A DNA stretch of 64,000 nt from Azolla caroliniana (taxonomy: Eukaryota > Plantae > Polypodiophyta), in contig JBHGNT010000002.1 of the NCBI GenBank assembly GCA_043228905.1, forward strand, positions 6,014,001-6,078,000, given 5' to 3'. Both the position numbers and the translations under genes were made by a program. Of this stretch, positions 1-12,016 are shown piece after piece. The notes under the pieces were generated by a model. That model made no database searches. It saw only the letters and a list, made by a program, of their open reading frames with translations, and was not told the origin of the DNA. Position 1 is the first letter of the stretch; the number at the start of each line of letters is the position of its first letter.

Positions 1-803
1 CGAGCAATATCTTGGATGTTTCATTAGTTATCAACAAGATGATTGGAGTAAAATTTTACATCTTGCCGAGTTTGCATACAACAACACGGTCCACTCTTCT
101 ACCAAAGTTACACCTTTCTTTGCCTACACCGGCAACCACCCTCGATGGTGTATACTGGATCTTCCCGAGGTGTCGCGAAACCCTAGTGCGGTGCATCATC
201 TCCACCGACTACAACAAATCCAGTTCGAGTTATCGTCACATCTTCAGAAAGTGCAAGCACACCATAAGACCAATGCCGATCGACATCGTCTTAAGTCTCC
301 GTTTAAGGTTGGTGACCGTGTATGGTTGCTTCGTCGTCACATCAAGACTACCCGACCGTGTGCTAAGCTTGACTATCAACGCTTAGGTCCTTTTGTCATC
401 ACGGCGCAGATTAATGATGCAACATTTTGTTTTAACCTTCCTACACATGCGGCTTCACCTTGTCTTTCATAGCTCTCTTTTGGAACCTTGCCACACCTCT
501 TTAATTCCTAATCGTGTCGTGCCACCACCGCCTTCTGTACAACTTGTGGACGGCCCCGAATATGAGGTAGCTGCTATTCTCGATTCTAAGATTGTGCGCA
601 ATAAGCTTTATTACCTAGTTGATTGGCTTGGTTATCCTCCGAGTGATCGCACTTGGGAACCCATCGATAACGTTTGTAATGTTGAAGCTTTGGTCAACGA
701 CTTCCATCGTCACTATCCAAACAAGCCCGGCCAAACAATGTTAACGCCGACTTCCACTCGGCGTTCTCGAAGGAGGGATAGTGTCATGAACACATGACCA
801 TTA

Positions 804-876
804 TGGCGTCACCTGGACTTGAACCTCGAACCATGTAATTCATACTTGAAAACCTCAACCATTAAGATAGTTTATT
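804..876 (-). promoter_or_regulatory. tRNA-derived Pol III-like A/B-box segment inside LTR
   Basis: Minus strand TATCTTAATGG (A-box-like) ... GGTTCAAGTCC (B-box) ... GGTGACGCCA ending in CCA. Confidence 0.6.
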
Positions 877-929
877 GCTATATGAAACAATAAAAGCTAC
901 TTCTTATATTACATTGATTATTGTAAAAA

Positions 930-1020
930 CTCTAGATTATTCTAGAATGTTCTAGAATGTCCTAGAGCATTCTAGGTCTAGAACATTCTAGAACATTCTA
1001 GAAATCTCTAAGCTATTCTA
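930..1020. promoter_or_regulatory. Heat-shock-element-like TTCTAGAA array in LTR U3
   Basis: TTCTAGAATGTTCTAGAA...TCTAGAACATTCTAGAACATTCTAGAA with 10-bp periodicity matches nTTCnnGAAn, just upstream of the TATA box. Confidence 0.65.
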
Positions 1021-1225
1021 TGGGAACCTATAAATAAGCGCATACATGTATTCTCAAATCAATTCGAATCAACACCAGTCTTTAGCTCTCATTACATATC
1101 TTATATCCATTCTCTTTCTTTCTCTATCTTATACATCCATTCTTCTCTTAGTATTTAATTCCTTTCTTCTCGTGTTCTCTAATATCCTTCTTCCATCACT
1201 CTATCTTTTATCCTTGGTTCTGACA

Positions 1226-3522
1226 TAGGGACTCCACTAGTACGGCCATTCTCAATCTCAAGTTGGTGAGATGATATTCTAAGTTGTCCAATGGCAACCC
1301 TTAGTGCATGTGGTAAGAATACATCTACATATTTTGGCCGCGTGATAAAACCTAACTCAGAGAAGTGCATGAAGTGTTTCTTATAGTACAACATTTTAGA
1401 TGGGAGTGGCTCTAGTGGGGTGATCCATTTACACCGAGTGTAAATTTGCCATATTTCTTGGCGTATTACTTTATTGCGGTCCTCATGAGGGATTAAAGTG
1501 TTATCACTTGTGTGGTTGTACCTAAGGGGAGGTAGGTTATTAATGTCTAGACCATTTGCAAGAAGCCAACTCACCATCATGCCATATCATCAGCTAGTAT
1601 AGCCGGACTCATACAATGATCGAGAGGCCTTAAAGGCTTGATGAGATATTCTATCATGTGGTTGGCTATGTATCCTGTGAATGAAGACTACAAGTTGAAA
1701 AAGTGCCTCTACTAACATTGGGGGTAACGTGAACTCAGCCCTAATAATGTCATGTGGTACAGTCGATTTGCTTCAGAGTTGGCGTGATAGCATCATCACC
1801 AATGGTCTCTCTAATTGCGTCCACATGAAAGATGGTAATCCTGGAGCCCAAACCGTTGATGCATACATGAGGGAGGGGGTCACTAATGAGTCAAAGAGCC
1901 ACCCTTTAGTCGGTGGCTCTTGAAAGTGTGCTTGGTGGCATTGTCTCTCTAGGAGTGAGAGGGATGCATGTCCTCTCGTGAGTCTATCCTTCGCTGCCTG
2001 TATCATCGAAAATTTACCTGAGCGGGCACTAAAAGTGACTCCGAGATAGACGTATGATCCAACCACCTCGACTGGGCTATGGGAGATAGTTAGGTGACAC
2101 TTAGCTCTAACTTGGGCCGATGTGTGGAAGATAAGGACTTTCGTTTTCCCTAGATTCACTACCAATCCTCGTTGTACACAAAAGTCATCTAAGGCATTAA
2201 GGTGCCTTTGTAGGTCATGTTCGGATTCAAAGAGCAAAACTATGTCATCCGCATAGAGCAATATACGAACCTACGTATCCCCGAGGACCACTCCGGTGCC
2301 TCCCTCACGAGCAATAAAATCTGTGATCTCATCAATGTAGATCCCAAAAAGTGTTGGTGATAGGGGGCAACCTTGTTTTACACCAATAGTGCTAGTGAAA
2401 CGATTAGATAGTCCACCTAGGCATCAAACACACATCCGGTATCCTCAAGCTTTTAAGTCTATCAAACAACCGCTCTCTAGGGACTGTGTCAAAGGCTTTG
2501 CGGAAGTCCACAAAACAACAATATAATTTCTTCTTGCGAGCCTTAGTTTGGTCAATTAGGCATCTAAGTGTGAAGATATGATCAATAGTGGAGAAGGCTC
2601 ATCTAAAGCTAGCTTGTTCAGGTGCACGAAGGTTTAGGGTCTCCATATAGTCGCTAAGCTCTGCTTCCATTACTGCACCATATAACTTAGCAAGGGTATG
2701 GCCTATCATAATGGTCCTATATGTATTTGGCTCCATGGGGTCCCCCCCTTTATGTATGGGGGCCACTGTATTCATAGTCCACTGTGGTGGAAAACCCTCC
2801 ACAAGGGCACGATTGAAGATTAGAGTTAGCAAGGGAGCTAGGCACTCTCTCGCATATATAATGTGTTCGAGCAGATGATGGCCAAAGCTCGTGGCGTTCG
2901 CACCTTGATCCTTTGATCTACGTGTGGTGCCTATGTCTAAAGGATCGACATTTACCATTTCTAGGTTTCTATTCATCTGAAATACTGTGCATTGTCGGGA
3001 TTGGGTTCTCGCATTGAAGTCTCCTACAAGAAATACTTCTCCTTGGGAAGAATATCGGATTATGTCATCCGATAGGGGTTCGTATGGAGAAGGCCCATGT
3101 GGCATTCCTTCATCGACTAATCTCGCCAAGCCACCAATATTATAACGGGATCCTTTTGGGGGAAAGTAACAAATGGCGAAAAATACTGCCTGTTCTTTGC
3201 TTGTGGAGACTTTCACCCACATAAAACGAGCTTCTAGGTCTATCTTCATTATTTCTATCCTATTATGTAGCTCTCTACGAAACAATATCACGACACCTCC
3301 AGATCCCCTAGTAGTGTGTCGACGTGAGGTTTGTCTAAAAGCGGATTCCCAACGGAATCCTTCGACCCGTGGGAGTCCTCTATTTGGGCTTTGATGTGTT
3401 TCTACCAAGAAAAGTATATCAGATACCTTTAGTATCTCCTCTAGGCGGTCGGGGTGTGCCCAGAGTGCATCGTTACAATTCCATAAGGTCATCCTAAGTG
3501 CATTTTCTGTCACATGGGCCAC
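1226..3522 (-). pseudogene. LINE ORF2 (APE endonuclease + reverse transcriptase), disrupted
   Basis: Motifs above split across several frames by stops/frameshifts; APE joined abruptly to RT near 2865, implying an internal deletion. Confidence 0.85.
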
Positions 3523-4489
3523 ACACCGTCAATTAGTAGTGCGATCATTTATGATCACTCGCTCGTCTCGGTAAAAGGCGCGATGGCCTTCTTTATGAGC
3601 TTGCATAAATCGTGGCATACAACTCTTGCGATGCTCAATTTGCATCTTAGTGAGGTCTTCATCGAGATAGATGGGGTCCCCACCCATTCCTCAAAGGATT
3701 GGTCTCTTCTTAAAGAAAGTGATTCTAGAGTCTAAGTCTTTAAATTGAAGGACTAAGCCTCTCTTCCTAGTTGTGTCACGCTCGGCCCTCCATGCTTTGG
3801 TGATAGGTAGGGCCTCTCTGTACCCTAACATTTTCCCAAGTGTTTGTGCATCCTCATTTGGGGATGCACCTTCCTTGAGCCCAGTGACACATACATTTAA
3901 GTGTCGGGCCTGACGCATTTTCTCTTCTTCAAGAGTGGTATTAACAATATTTTCATCTTTTATTTCTTTTTTAATGTTTCTTTTAACCACATCTACCCAA
4001 CCTGTTTTAGGTAACTCTATGTTATTATTAACTTCCTCTTTAACTTTTTTAATTTCTTCCTTTATATCCTCTATAGAGGATATTTCACCGTCTTCTCGAG
4101 ATACCTCGATGTCCTTAAGTTATTTTTTAAGGTCGGTGTTTTCCACTTTAAGTTGTTCTATTTCGGCCTTGAGGGCGTCTTTTTCCTCTCTATCTTTTTT
4201 CTTGTGGGTTTCGGCGTCATTCACCCATTTTTTCATATCCATCTCTATTTTTGTTAAACGATTAAACATATCTAAAAAGTCCTCCTTACTTATAGCCTCG
4301 TCTTGTATATCCCTATGTTCCTTAGTTTGTTTAGACGTCATTGTGGTGTCAATAAGAAAAAAAGGTAAAATAAATGGGTTCGAGACTTAGCCGAGTTTTG
4401 TAGCATGCGACGAGCATACCAAAAGAACCCACCCACGAACTCGTCAAGAAAATGCCACTTCGCAACGTCAAGAGAAAACGGAGAAGAAA

Positions 4490-4860
4490 CACCCCGCGAC
4501 GGTGACGGCGACGGCGGCAGTTGTCAAACGTCGACAGACGACGGCAGCAGATGGTAGACGACGGTAGCAGACGGTAGCAGATGGGTGCAGACGGTAGCAG
4601 ACGGCAGAAGACGGGTGCAGACGGTAGCAGACGGCGACGGCAGCAGATGGCGGTAGTCGTCAAACGACGACAGCAACAGTCGACAGCAGACAGCGGCTGC
4701 AGACGACGGCGACGACAATAAATGGCGCAGACGATGACGACTGCAAACGGCAAAAGACGGCTGCAGATGGTAGCTGACGATGACAGCAACAGTTGGCAGC
4801 AGACAGTTGTTGTAGACGACGGCAACGACGACAACAATAAATGGCGACAGCAATGGCGGA
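4490..4860. repeat. Degenerate GACG/ACGGTAGCAG tandem repeats at the LINE 5' end
   Basis: Repeated ACGGTAGCAG / ACGGCAGCAG 10-mers and GAC triplets. Confidence 0.8.
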
Positions 4861-4872
4861 AAGAGTCGTTAC

Positions 4873-5233
4873 ATAGAGAGAGAGATAGACAGACAGACAG
4901 ATACACTTATGAACAACACAAGATGGGGGATGAGTAACTATGTTAAATTAGCATTATCATTATCATTATCATCATGAAATACAAAAATACCTACAATGAG
5001 GTATATATAGATTTCATGTGCAAGGGTGCACATGTGTGACGATAATATAGGTACAAAAGTGTAAGTCCTATATTAAATGTACTTAGGAGTTGAGTATCTA
5101 GAATATCCCACTTAAGGACAAGGTCCTATTTAAGGCGTTATAGTCAACACTTCTAACTAGATTCTATCTAGGTAACTACGAAATTACATGGTTGACTAAA
5201 TAACTAACTCTAGTTGAGCTTGATCTCTCAACA
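4873..5233 (-). repeat. Partial copia-type LTR
   Basis: Minus strand begins TGTTGAGAGATCAAGCTCAAC, matching the termini of other copia LTRs here; (TC/TGTC)n tract typical of their U5; interrupts a copia RT at 5234. Confidence 0.6.
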
Positions 5234-7002
5234 CTTCTTCAACACTTGGATCTTCGTATGGTCCCGTCCGACAATCAACATGTCATCCACGTACAACAGG
5301 AGGATGAGGAATCTCCTCTGTAGAATTTCTTCACAAATATGCAATGATCGGCCTACGTTTAGTGGTACCCGTTGTCAGTCATGAAGGATTCGAATTTTCG
5401 GTACCATTGCCAAGGTGCTTGCTTCAGCCCATACATGCTCTTCCTTAATCAACACACCAGGTTCTCTCTACCTTTCTCCATAAATCCTTCCGGCTAGTGC
5501 ATATAGATCTCCTCTTCGAGATCACCGTATAGAAACGTCGTTTTCACATCCAGTTGTTTACTTCGAGATCCATGTTGGCCGCGATGCTCAACACGGTTTG
5601 GATTTATGTCATCTTTACAACCGGTGCAAATATTTCGTCGAAATTGACACCCTTCTTCTGCTGAAAGCCTTTCACGACGATTCGTGGTTTGTACCTGGGT
5701 GGATTCCCGCCATCTCCCGGTTTCAATTTGTATACCCATTTATTCCGAAGTGCCTTCTTTCCTCTCGACAATTTGGTCAATTTATATGTGTGGTTCTCAT
5801 GCAAGGAATCCAACTCCTCTTGCATGGCACTCAACCACTTTCGGTTGTGGGTATCTTCCATAGCTTCTTCAAAAGCTTTACGGCTCCCCCTCATCGGTTA
5901 GCAGTAGACGCTCTTCATCCAGAAATGTTGGGGTGGGGGGGATTCTTTTCTTTTAGGGGGTATCTTCGTCCTCCATTTGGCACAGTCAATTCTTCTTCAA
6001 CTTCTTTGGCTGAGTCAAATTTGGTTCCTTGTTCAGCCATTTCCCCTCGTTCTTCAGTCAGTTCTCTATTTTGCGAAGTATTAAATTGTCGGATTGGCTC
6101 AGATTCGATTTCAATCTAATCAGCTTCTACTCGATTCGGTTGAGTGTCGACTCGGTTCGATTCGGTAGTTGGAAACTTATTCTCAATCTCACAGTCGACT
6201 ATTGTCTTTTCCTCCATGATGACAATGTCACGGCCCGTAATCACTTTCTTCTTGGCTAAGTCCCATAGCCGATAGTCAAATTCATCATTACCGTAGCCAA
6301 GAAATATACTTGACTGAGATTTCAGGTCTAATTTTCCCCTTTGCTCTTTTGCAACATGCACATAGGCAAGACAACCGAACACCCTCAGTTGTCAGTGCGA
6401 AATGTCTTTGCCACTCCACACGCTTTGTGGGATATCATCGTCCAAGTGTACTGACGGTGATCAATTTATCACATACGCTGCCGTCGTTAGTGCGTAAGCC
6501 CAAAACGTCGTCGGTAACTTAGCATGTGCAAACATACTTCGGACCCTTTCCATTACAGTCCGGTTCATTATCTTGGCCAACCCATTAAGCTCTGGCGTCT
6601 TCGGCATAGTATACTCAAGCCTGATTCCTTGATTTTAGCAATATTCCTCGAATGGTTCACGGTACTCTCCGCCATTGTCTACTCAGACTGCCTTCAGTTT
6701 TTAGCCGATTTCTCTCTCAGCCCTCGCTTGGAACTCTTTGAAGACGGATAACACTCTATTCTTCGTCTTCAGCACGGAAGCCCACAACTTCCGGCTATAG
6801 TCATCAATGAAGGACACGAAATACTATGAACCACCATGCGACTCCGTGTCCACATAACATATGTCTGTATGCATGAGTTCCAACAACATTTTCTTCCTCA
6901 CTGGGGGCCTAGATGGGAAGAATGTTCGATTTTGCTTGCCAACCAAGCAATCAGTGCACTTCTCAAGTTGCACGTTCTTAGCGTCCGGAATGAGGTTGTC
7001 CT
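5234..7002 (-). mobile_element. Truncated Ty1/copia internal region (integrase + RT), a different family from the dominant one
   Basis: CTDCLVGKQ, HTDIC, FGCLAYVHV...KLD, KWVYKLK...RYK, LDVKTTFL, LLYVDDM fragments. Confidence 0.88.
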
Positions 7003-8580
7003 TGTCATGATATGGCAAGACTCGAACCCATGACCTTATGTTACATGGGTCGAGCTCTTACCATTAAGCTATGTATTATAATATGAAGGATATTATTTTC
7101 ATTTAAGTTTTACTATAGAAAATTGATGTATATTCTAGATTTCTCTGGAACATTCTAGAAACTTCAGGAGTTCTCTTGAGAACACTATGAAAGGAGGAAG
7201 AAGGCATTATTTCGAACCAAATCAGTTCAACTGTAGTCTTAAGCCTCCTAGCCTTCCTTGTATATTCTTCTCACATAATATATCGTTGTCATCATCATTT
7301 TCTCTCTCTCGATATCTCTCGCTCCCACTCTCTCTCTCTCCTTCTCTCGAGTGTTGTACACCCTCTATCCCTCTTAGTACTAATATTCCTCTCTTAGTAC
7401 TAATATCTTCTTTGTCTCAGTTTGAACTGATTTTGGTCTCCTCCTTTCCTCCTCTTCCTATTATCTTCTTACGTCTCCCTCCCCTCATACTAATCTCTTA
7501 TTCCTCTTTCATCTCATCCTATGGCCACTGTTAGCACTCAAGAATATCAATCTATTTTATCTGAGTTGCAATGCTTGAAAGAGAAGTTCCTTGCTTTGGA
7601 ACAAGAAAATCAACGGTTGTTGGGAGATCTTCAACAAATCTCCTTAGGAAAGCAGCAAACGCAACAACAACATGGGGAACTTGCGTTACACGTGCAACAA
7701 CTCGAAGCAACCATCGTAGCGATCCAACAACAAGGACCCGGTACGCAAGGGATTCATAAAGAACCCAAGATCGACCTTCCCATGAAATTCGATGGAACAC
7801 GATCGCAGTTTCGATGGTACGATTAGTCATTCAAATGCATCCTTCCCGATATCCCACTGATGCATCATGAGTGGGTTTAGTAGGCACGTTATTAAATGGC
7901 TCAGCGTTGGTGTTCGCTCCATTGTTAGAAAAGGAATCCCCATTACTAAACAATTTTGAAGAGTTTATAAGTGGGTTTAAAGCCTGTTTTGGAGATAATG
8001 ACAACATAAGGACAACAATCAACAAAATCCGATGATTAGGTCAAGGTGATCGTCTAGCCTCCGCATACGCTGCAGATTTTCGTCTACTCGCCTTCAATAT
8101 CCCCTGGGATGACCATGCATTACTGGAGCAATTTCGTTATGTTCTACGCAATGATGTGAAGGATTTACTCTTGACCTTTCCCGAAGAACCAAAGTCATTA
8201 ATAGAAGCAATCAGTCGCAAAGTGAGATGTGATAATCGCCCAAATATAGAGAACAAATTTGATGTGCTTAGTCAGTTAGAAGAAGAGTTACACGACTAAC
8301 TCCACACAAAATAGGAGTTGTTTGGTTGGATAGCCCTAGATCTGTGCAGCCCATTAGTGGTTCCATTTCCTCTAAGCAAGTTAGCAATGTGTTCTTAGCT
8401 CAAGTAACAGTTAGTACTAAAAGTACCTCTTAAGTACATGTCTTACCAGTCCTAGATTCCGGAGTTAATTCTTGCTTCATGGATAGGAATTGGAAGTTTG
8501 CCCAAGCTCATCAGATATTCCTAGGAAAACTCTCGTGTCCAGGATCTTTGGTAGTCATTGATGGTCGTCCCATTACTTCT
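7003..8580 (+). mobile_element. 5' part of Tcn1-like chromovirus: 5' LTR, gag, protease fragment
   Basis: Starts TGTCATG like the LTR at 782; gag from 7521 (EPKIDLPMKFDGTRSQF, RQGDR...YAADF); protease LDSG...VVIDGRPITS breaks off at 8580. Confidence 0.8.
7013..7075 (-). promoter_or_regulatory. tRNA-like Pol III A/B-box segment inside second chromovirus LTR
   Basis: Minus strand TAGCTTAATGGTAAGAGC (A-box/D-arm) ... GGGTTCGAGTC (B-box/T-loop) ... TTGCCA. Confidence 0.7.
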
Positions 8581-11232
8581 CGTCATCCTCGGATGTACCA
8601 ATCAATGCATTATCTTCATCATAAACCAAATGGTTTGACTCTAGATTATATGTAGCGGATCTCATTTGCCTTTGACCGGAGCCACCTTGTAGACCTAGTA
8701 ATTTTTTATTTATTATATCTATTGTTGACTTCCTTAATCGTCCAGCTTTTGTAAGTGTGAAGTTGTACACGATGATATCCACATCAGAGATATCAAGGGT
8801 CGAGGTGTTACGAATGTTTCGCTTCCTCTTTCTACCTCCCCTTCTTGTTGGGCATTCAATCATCTCCAATGTATACTTACCTGTAAAAGCATTTGCACTT
8901 CTAGTGTTGTACCAATGAACGTTTCATGCATTAGCACTCCTAGAATTTTACCAACCCAAAATTGGTGGCCATGTGAGTTCTCATCAGCCGACGTTGCAAT
9001 CAACATCCCCGCCGTGAGCTCTTGCAAATTGCTTTGCCATCTAGCTTCGGCTGCTTTGGTCATCCTTGGTCCCACATAAATGTCTCTTTGTTGTGGATGG
9101 ACCAAACTGTCATCAATCGCATTTGCTGGTTGCTCCGGAATTCTATTTACACAATCATTTTGCAGCGACCATGTGAATGGCGTTTCCAAATTCCAATTAT
9201 CACCAAATACACAATTGTCTATAATTCCTTTTTGATCACTATAAAATACATCCCACCATGACGTGTCTTGTTGTGTGGCATATTTCTTGGCGGCCTCAAT
9301 ATGCTTTCTTTTTTCTTCTAAGGCTTGGAGCCATAACCATTTTTGTTCCGATACCAAGTCACTCTGCAACTATCCTTTCTTCTCAATTGGCATTTGCTTA
9401 GCTCCATGGATAATTGTACTTAGCATACAAAAGTAATAACTGGCAACCACCTTCAGGTTCCCATGTTGTAGAAGATGAATATTGTTTAGCATACAAAAGT
9501 GTAGAACCACTTATGTCATTTTTCTTTATCATAAAAATGTGATTGAAGCTTATATTGTTTAACTGGGCAAGCACTTTAACATTCCCAACACCCCCATCTG
9601 ATATATATCTCTTAAAGTCATATACCTCCTTCAAGTGTAACACTTTTGGGCGTGGTGTATATGCATCACAAATGACATCAAACAGTTTAGGTAATGTGAA
9701 AGCATCATGCCAAGACAAATATTTGGAGAATGTGCTAAACATCTGATCTATATGATCATGTGTTTGGCCAACCAAAAGAAAATTGACTTTCACTTTTCTA
9801 AACAATCCTTGGTTGACCAACATACTTAGATAGCCAAACACATTTGAATTTTTGTTCTCTCTAGCAGTATTGTCCAATTGAATGTATAAAACAGGGGGGA
9901 AAGGTTGGCCCCAAGACATCAAAACTCGGTGAATCACTATAACTGTTAGGTTAGGGTCATTGTGAACATTGGGGTATGTAATGAAGATGTGAGGTCCAAC
10001 AGACCTATTATAAGCCAAGCATCCCACCAAGTGCATTTGAACAAGGCACTCATCATTGACGTCTTTGGGGAGCCTCCGCATATGCAGCAAGCACGTCTTC
10101 TTCTGGTCCATGCCATCTATCATTAAGCACATGTATTGTTCGGGCCTCTTCAAACACTTCTCTCTATGATGCATCGCCTTCTTTCATTCTAACGATTGTG
10201 CCTCACGATGCTCTTGCAGTAACTTCTTACTCATATCCTTTTCCATTGATGTATTTGCACCTTTAGCCAAACTTTTAAGATTTGCACAAATGGACCAATA
10301 CCCCATGCGTACTTTACGTGCAATGATAACATTTGAAAACCAAGCTCTCCATAATCTTGTGAATTGGCTATATGTGACAGACTTATTATGTGAACCCACC
10401 ATATCAGATCGATAGACATCATAAACTTCCCGACGTGTGTAATTATCAGAGAGGTGCATCCTACCTATAGTGGGCATTACTTCACAATTTAACTGAAAGT
10501 AACTTTTCATCCAACCAATAACATGTCTTCCAATTGCACTCTATGTAGCCGCATGTTACTAACACATAACGCAATTTTGAATGCAACTCTACATATCTGT
10601 TGCACATGGAAGATATAATACTCAAATGGTACTTTGATCCCCATACATTTCTCAAACACTAGTTGCATATGTGACCTGAGGTAAGTGTCTCGCTCATCAC
10701 CGGTCATCGAAAAATAGTATCGCCTTAATTCTCACAACTTTGATTTTTCAATCATAGACATACAACCATGGGCACAACATATTTTTTTGGCATCAAATCC
10801 AATCTGTTTATCTGATGTCACCAAGTTAAATCTGGCCAGATGAATTCTTTGTGGGATTCTTCTAATATGCATAGGGCTTCTAGATTTCTCTTCCTACATA
10901 GAAGTTGGTGTAACCTTGTTACTATCCAATTCTTTGTTGTGACCATCGCCCATGATATTCGATGTTTCATTGGCACTACCTTCATTCTCTGTATCTTTAT
11001 TAATATCGTATTCTTCAATAGAGAAATCTTCACATGTGTCATTATTCACATTCGTTATAGGTGAAGATGAGCTCAGACAATACTCTTCGATAGAATGTTG
11101 TGAGTCTGTCGACAAACAATATTCTTCAATAGAAAATGGCGAGTTTGTCGACAAACGATACTCTTCAATAAAAAACGAAGAGTCTGATGACAAACAATAT
11201 TCTTCAATCGAGAACGGTGAATCTTCACTCAT
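8581..11232 (-). pseudogene. Sola-like / DUF7869-type DDE transposase, disrupted
   Basis: ORF 9398-10174: IDGMDQ, LYIQLDNTARENKN, FLLVGQTHDHIDQMFS; upstream Cys motifs (CRVAFKIALCVS, SICANLK); collinear fragments 11232-8581 broken by stops/frameshifts. Confidence 0.78.
10995..11230 (-). repeat. 42-bp coding tandem repeat (about 5 x SxDSPFSIEEYCL) at transposase N-terminus
   Basis: ORF 10894-11232 repeats FSIEEY / FFIEEY / HSIEEY at 14-aa spacing. Confidence 0.85.
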
Positions 11233-12016
11233 GGCTTAAGGTCCACACAGAGCTCTTTAAGTTATGTGCTTAGGCTAAGGCAGAAAATTGATAAGCTCCT
11301 CTCTAAACATAAACTCCTCTCAAATCATAAACTCCTCTCTAAATAGAAGCTCCCTCAATATAATGTCTATATTATTTAATATTATATTAATACAATACAT
11401 AAAAAATATTATTTTTAATATAATAATTGTATTCAACATATTAATAATTACTTAAACTAGTCTGTATCAAGTTAAATCAAGTATAAAATATTTACAATCA
11501 TTACCAAGAAATATATATGTTGGATTAAAGTTAAAATCATTGGTTAATTAATGGCACCCATATTTAATATAGAACTTCTCAGTCATTAGTTCATTCATGC
11601 CCACCATTTTAAATATAAGACTTTTCAATCATTAGTTCATTCATGCCCACATCTTTAATACAAAGCAATTAAGAGTCATAGAAATGTTGCTTTCAATAAT
11701 CAATCATTGGTTCATTCATGAACCTCTATCATTGTTTCCTTCATGACCTTCAAAGTCATTGTAAGTTATTTTGACTATAAAATATTCATCAATATGTTAG
11801 TTTGACTTTGTAATCATTGATCCAATCACAAGTAACTCTGGTTAAAGTGATTGTGGTTACTAACTAACTAACCTCAAGCTTGCCAACCCTGGTTAAACTG
11901 ACTGTGATTACTTTAACCACTGTGGTCAATCCCTATAAATAGGAAGACCTCGTCATATTTCAGTCACGCGAAACACAAGACCACACAGAGCAAACTGAGC
12001 ATACAGAGCACGAAGC
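11233..12016. promoter_or_regulatory. AT-rich divergent promoter region
   Basis: Lies between the two head-to-head starts; CTATAAATAG at about 11933; three TCATTRGTTCATTCATG repeats (about 11583, 11628, 11704); AAACTCCTCT repeats near 11295-11350. Confidence 0.55.

Larger units (their letters stand above)
1..1225 (+). mobile_element. 3' part of Ty3/gypsy chromovirus (Tcn1-like): integrase C-terminus, chromodomain, 3' LTR
   Basis: ORFs 170-472 (FKVGDRVWL...KLDYQRLGPF, GPY/F motif) and 393-797 (EYEVAAILDS...YLVDWLGY...TWEP chromodomain); purine tract GAAGGAGGGATAG directly before TGTCA at 782. Confidence 0.92.
782..1225 (+). repeat. 3' LTR of chromovirus
   Basis: TGTCA...TGACA inverted termini; TATAAATA at 1029; CT-rich R/U5. 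Confidence 0.85.
1226..4872 (-). mobile_element. Degenerate non-LTR retrotransposon (LINE; RTE/RTEX-like) with ORF1 and APE-RT ORF2
   Basis: ORF1 fragments 4341-3540 (coiled coil, NVCVTGLKE); APE 3522 onward (LWNCN, FLVETH, GSGGV, YFPP, GDFNAR); RT (YRTIM, FVDFRKAFD, GVKQGCPLSP, LYADD, YLGV); C-terminal QLRISSHQLEIENGR; 3' end interrupted by the chromovirus LTR. Confidence 0.88.

Noticed and set aside
804-876. Functional tRNA gene (also 7013-7075)
   Set aside because: Acceptor and anticodon stems do not pair convincingly; only the promoter boxes and 3' end are tRNA-like.
4349-4937. Cys/Arg-rich proteins
   Set aside because: Translations of low-complexity repeats.
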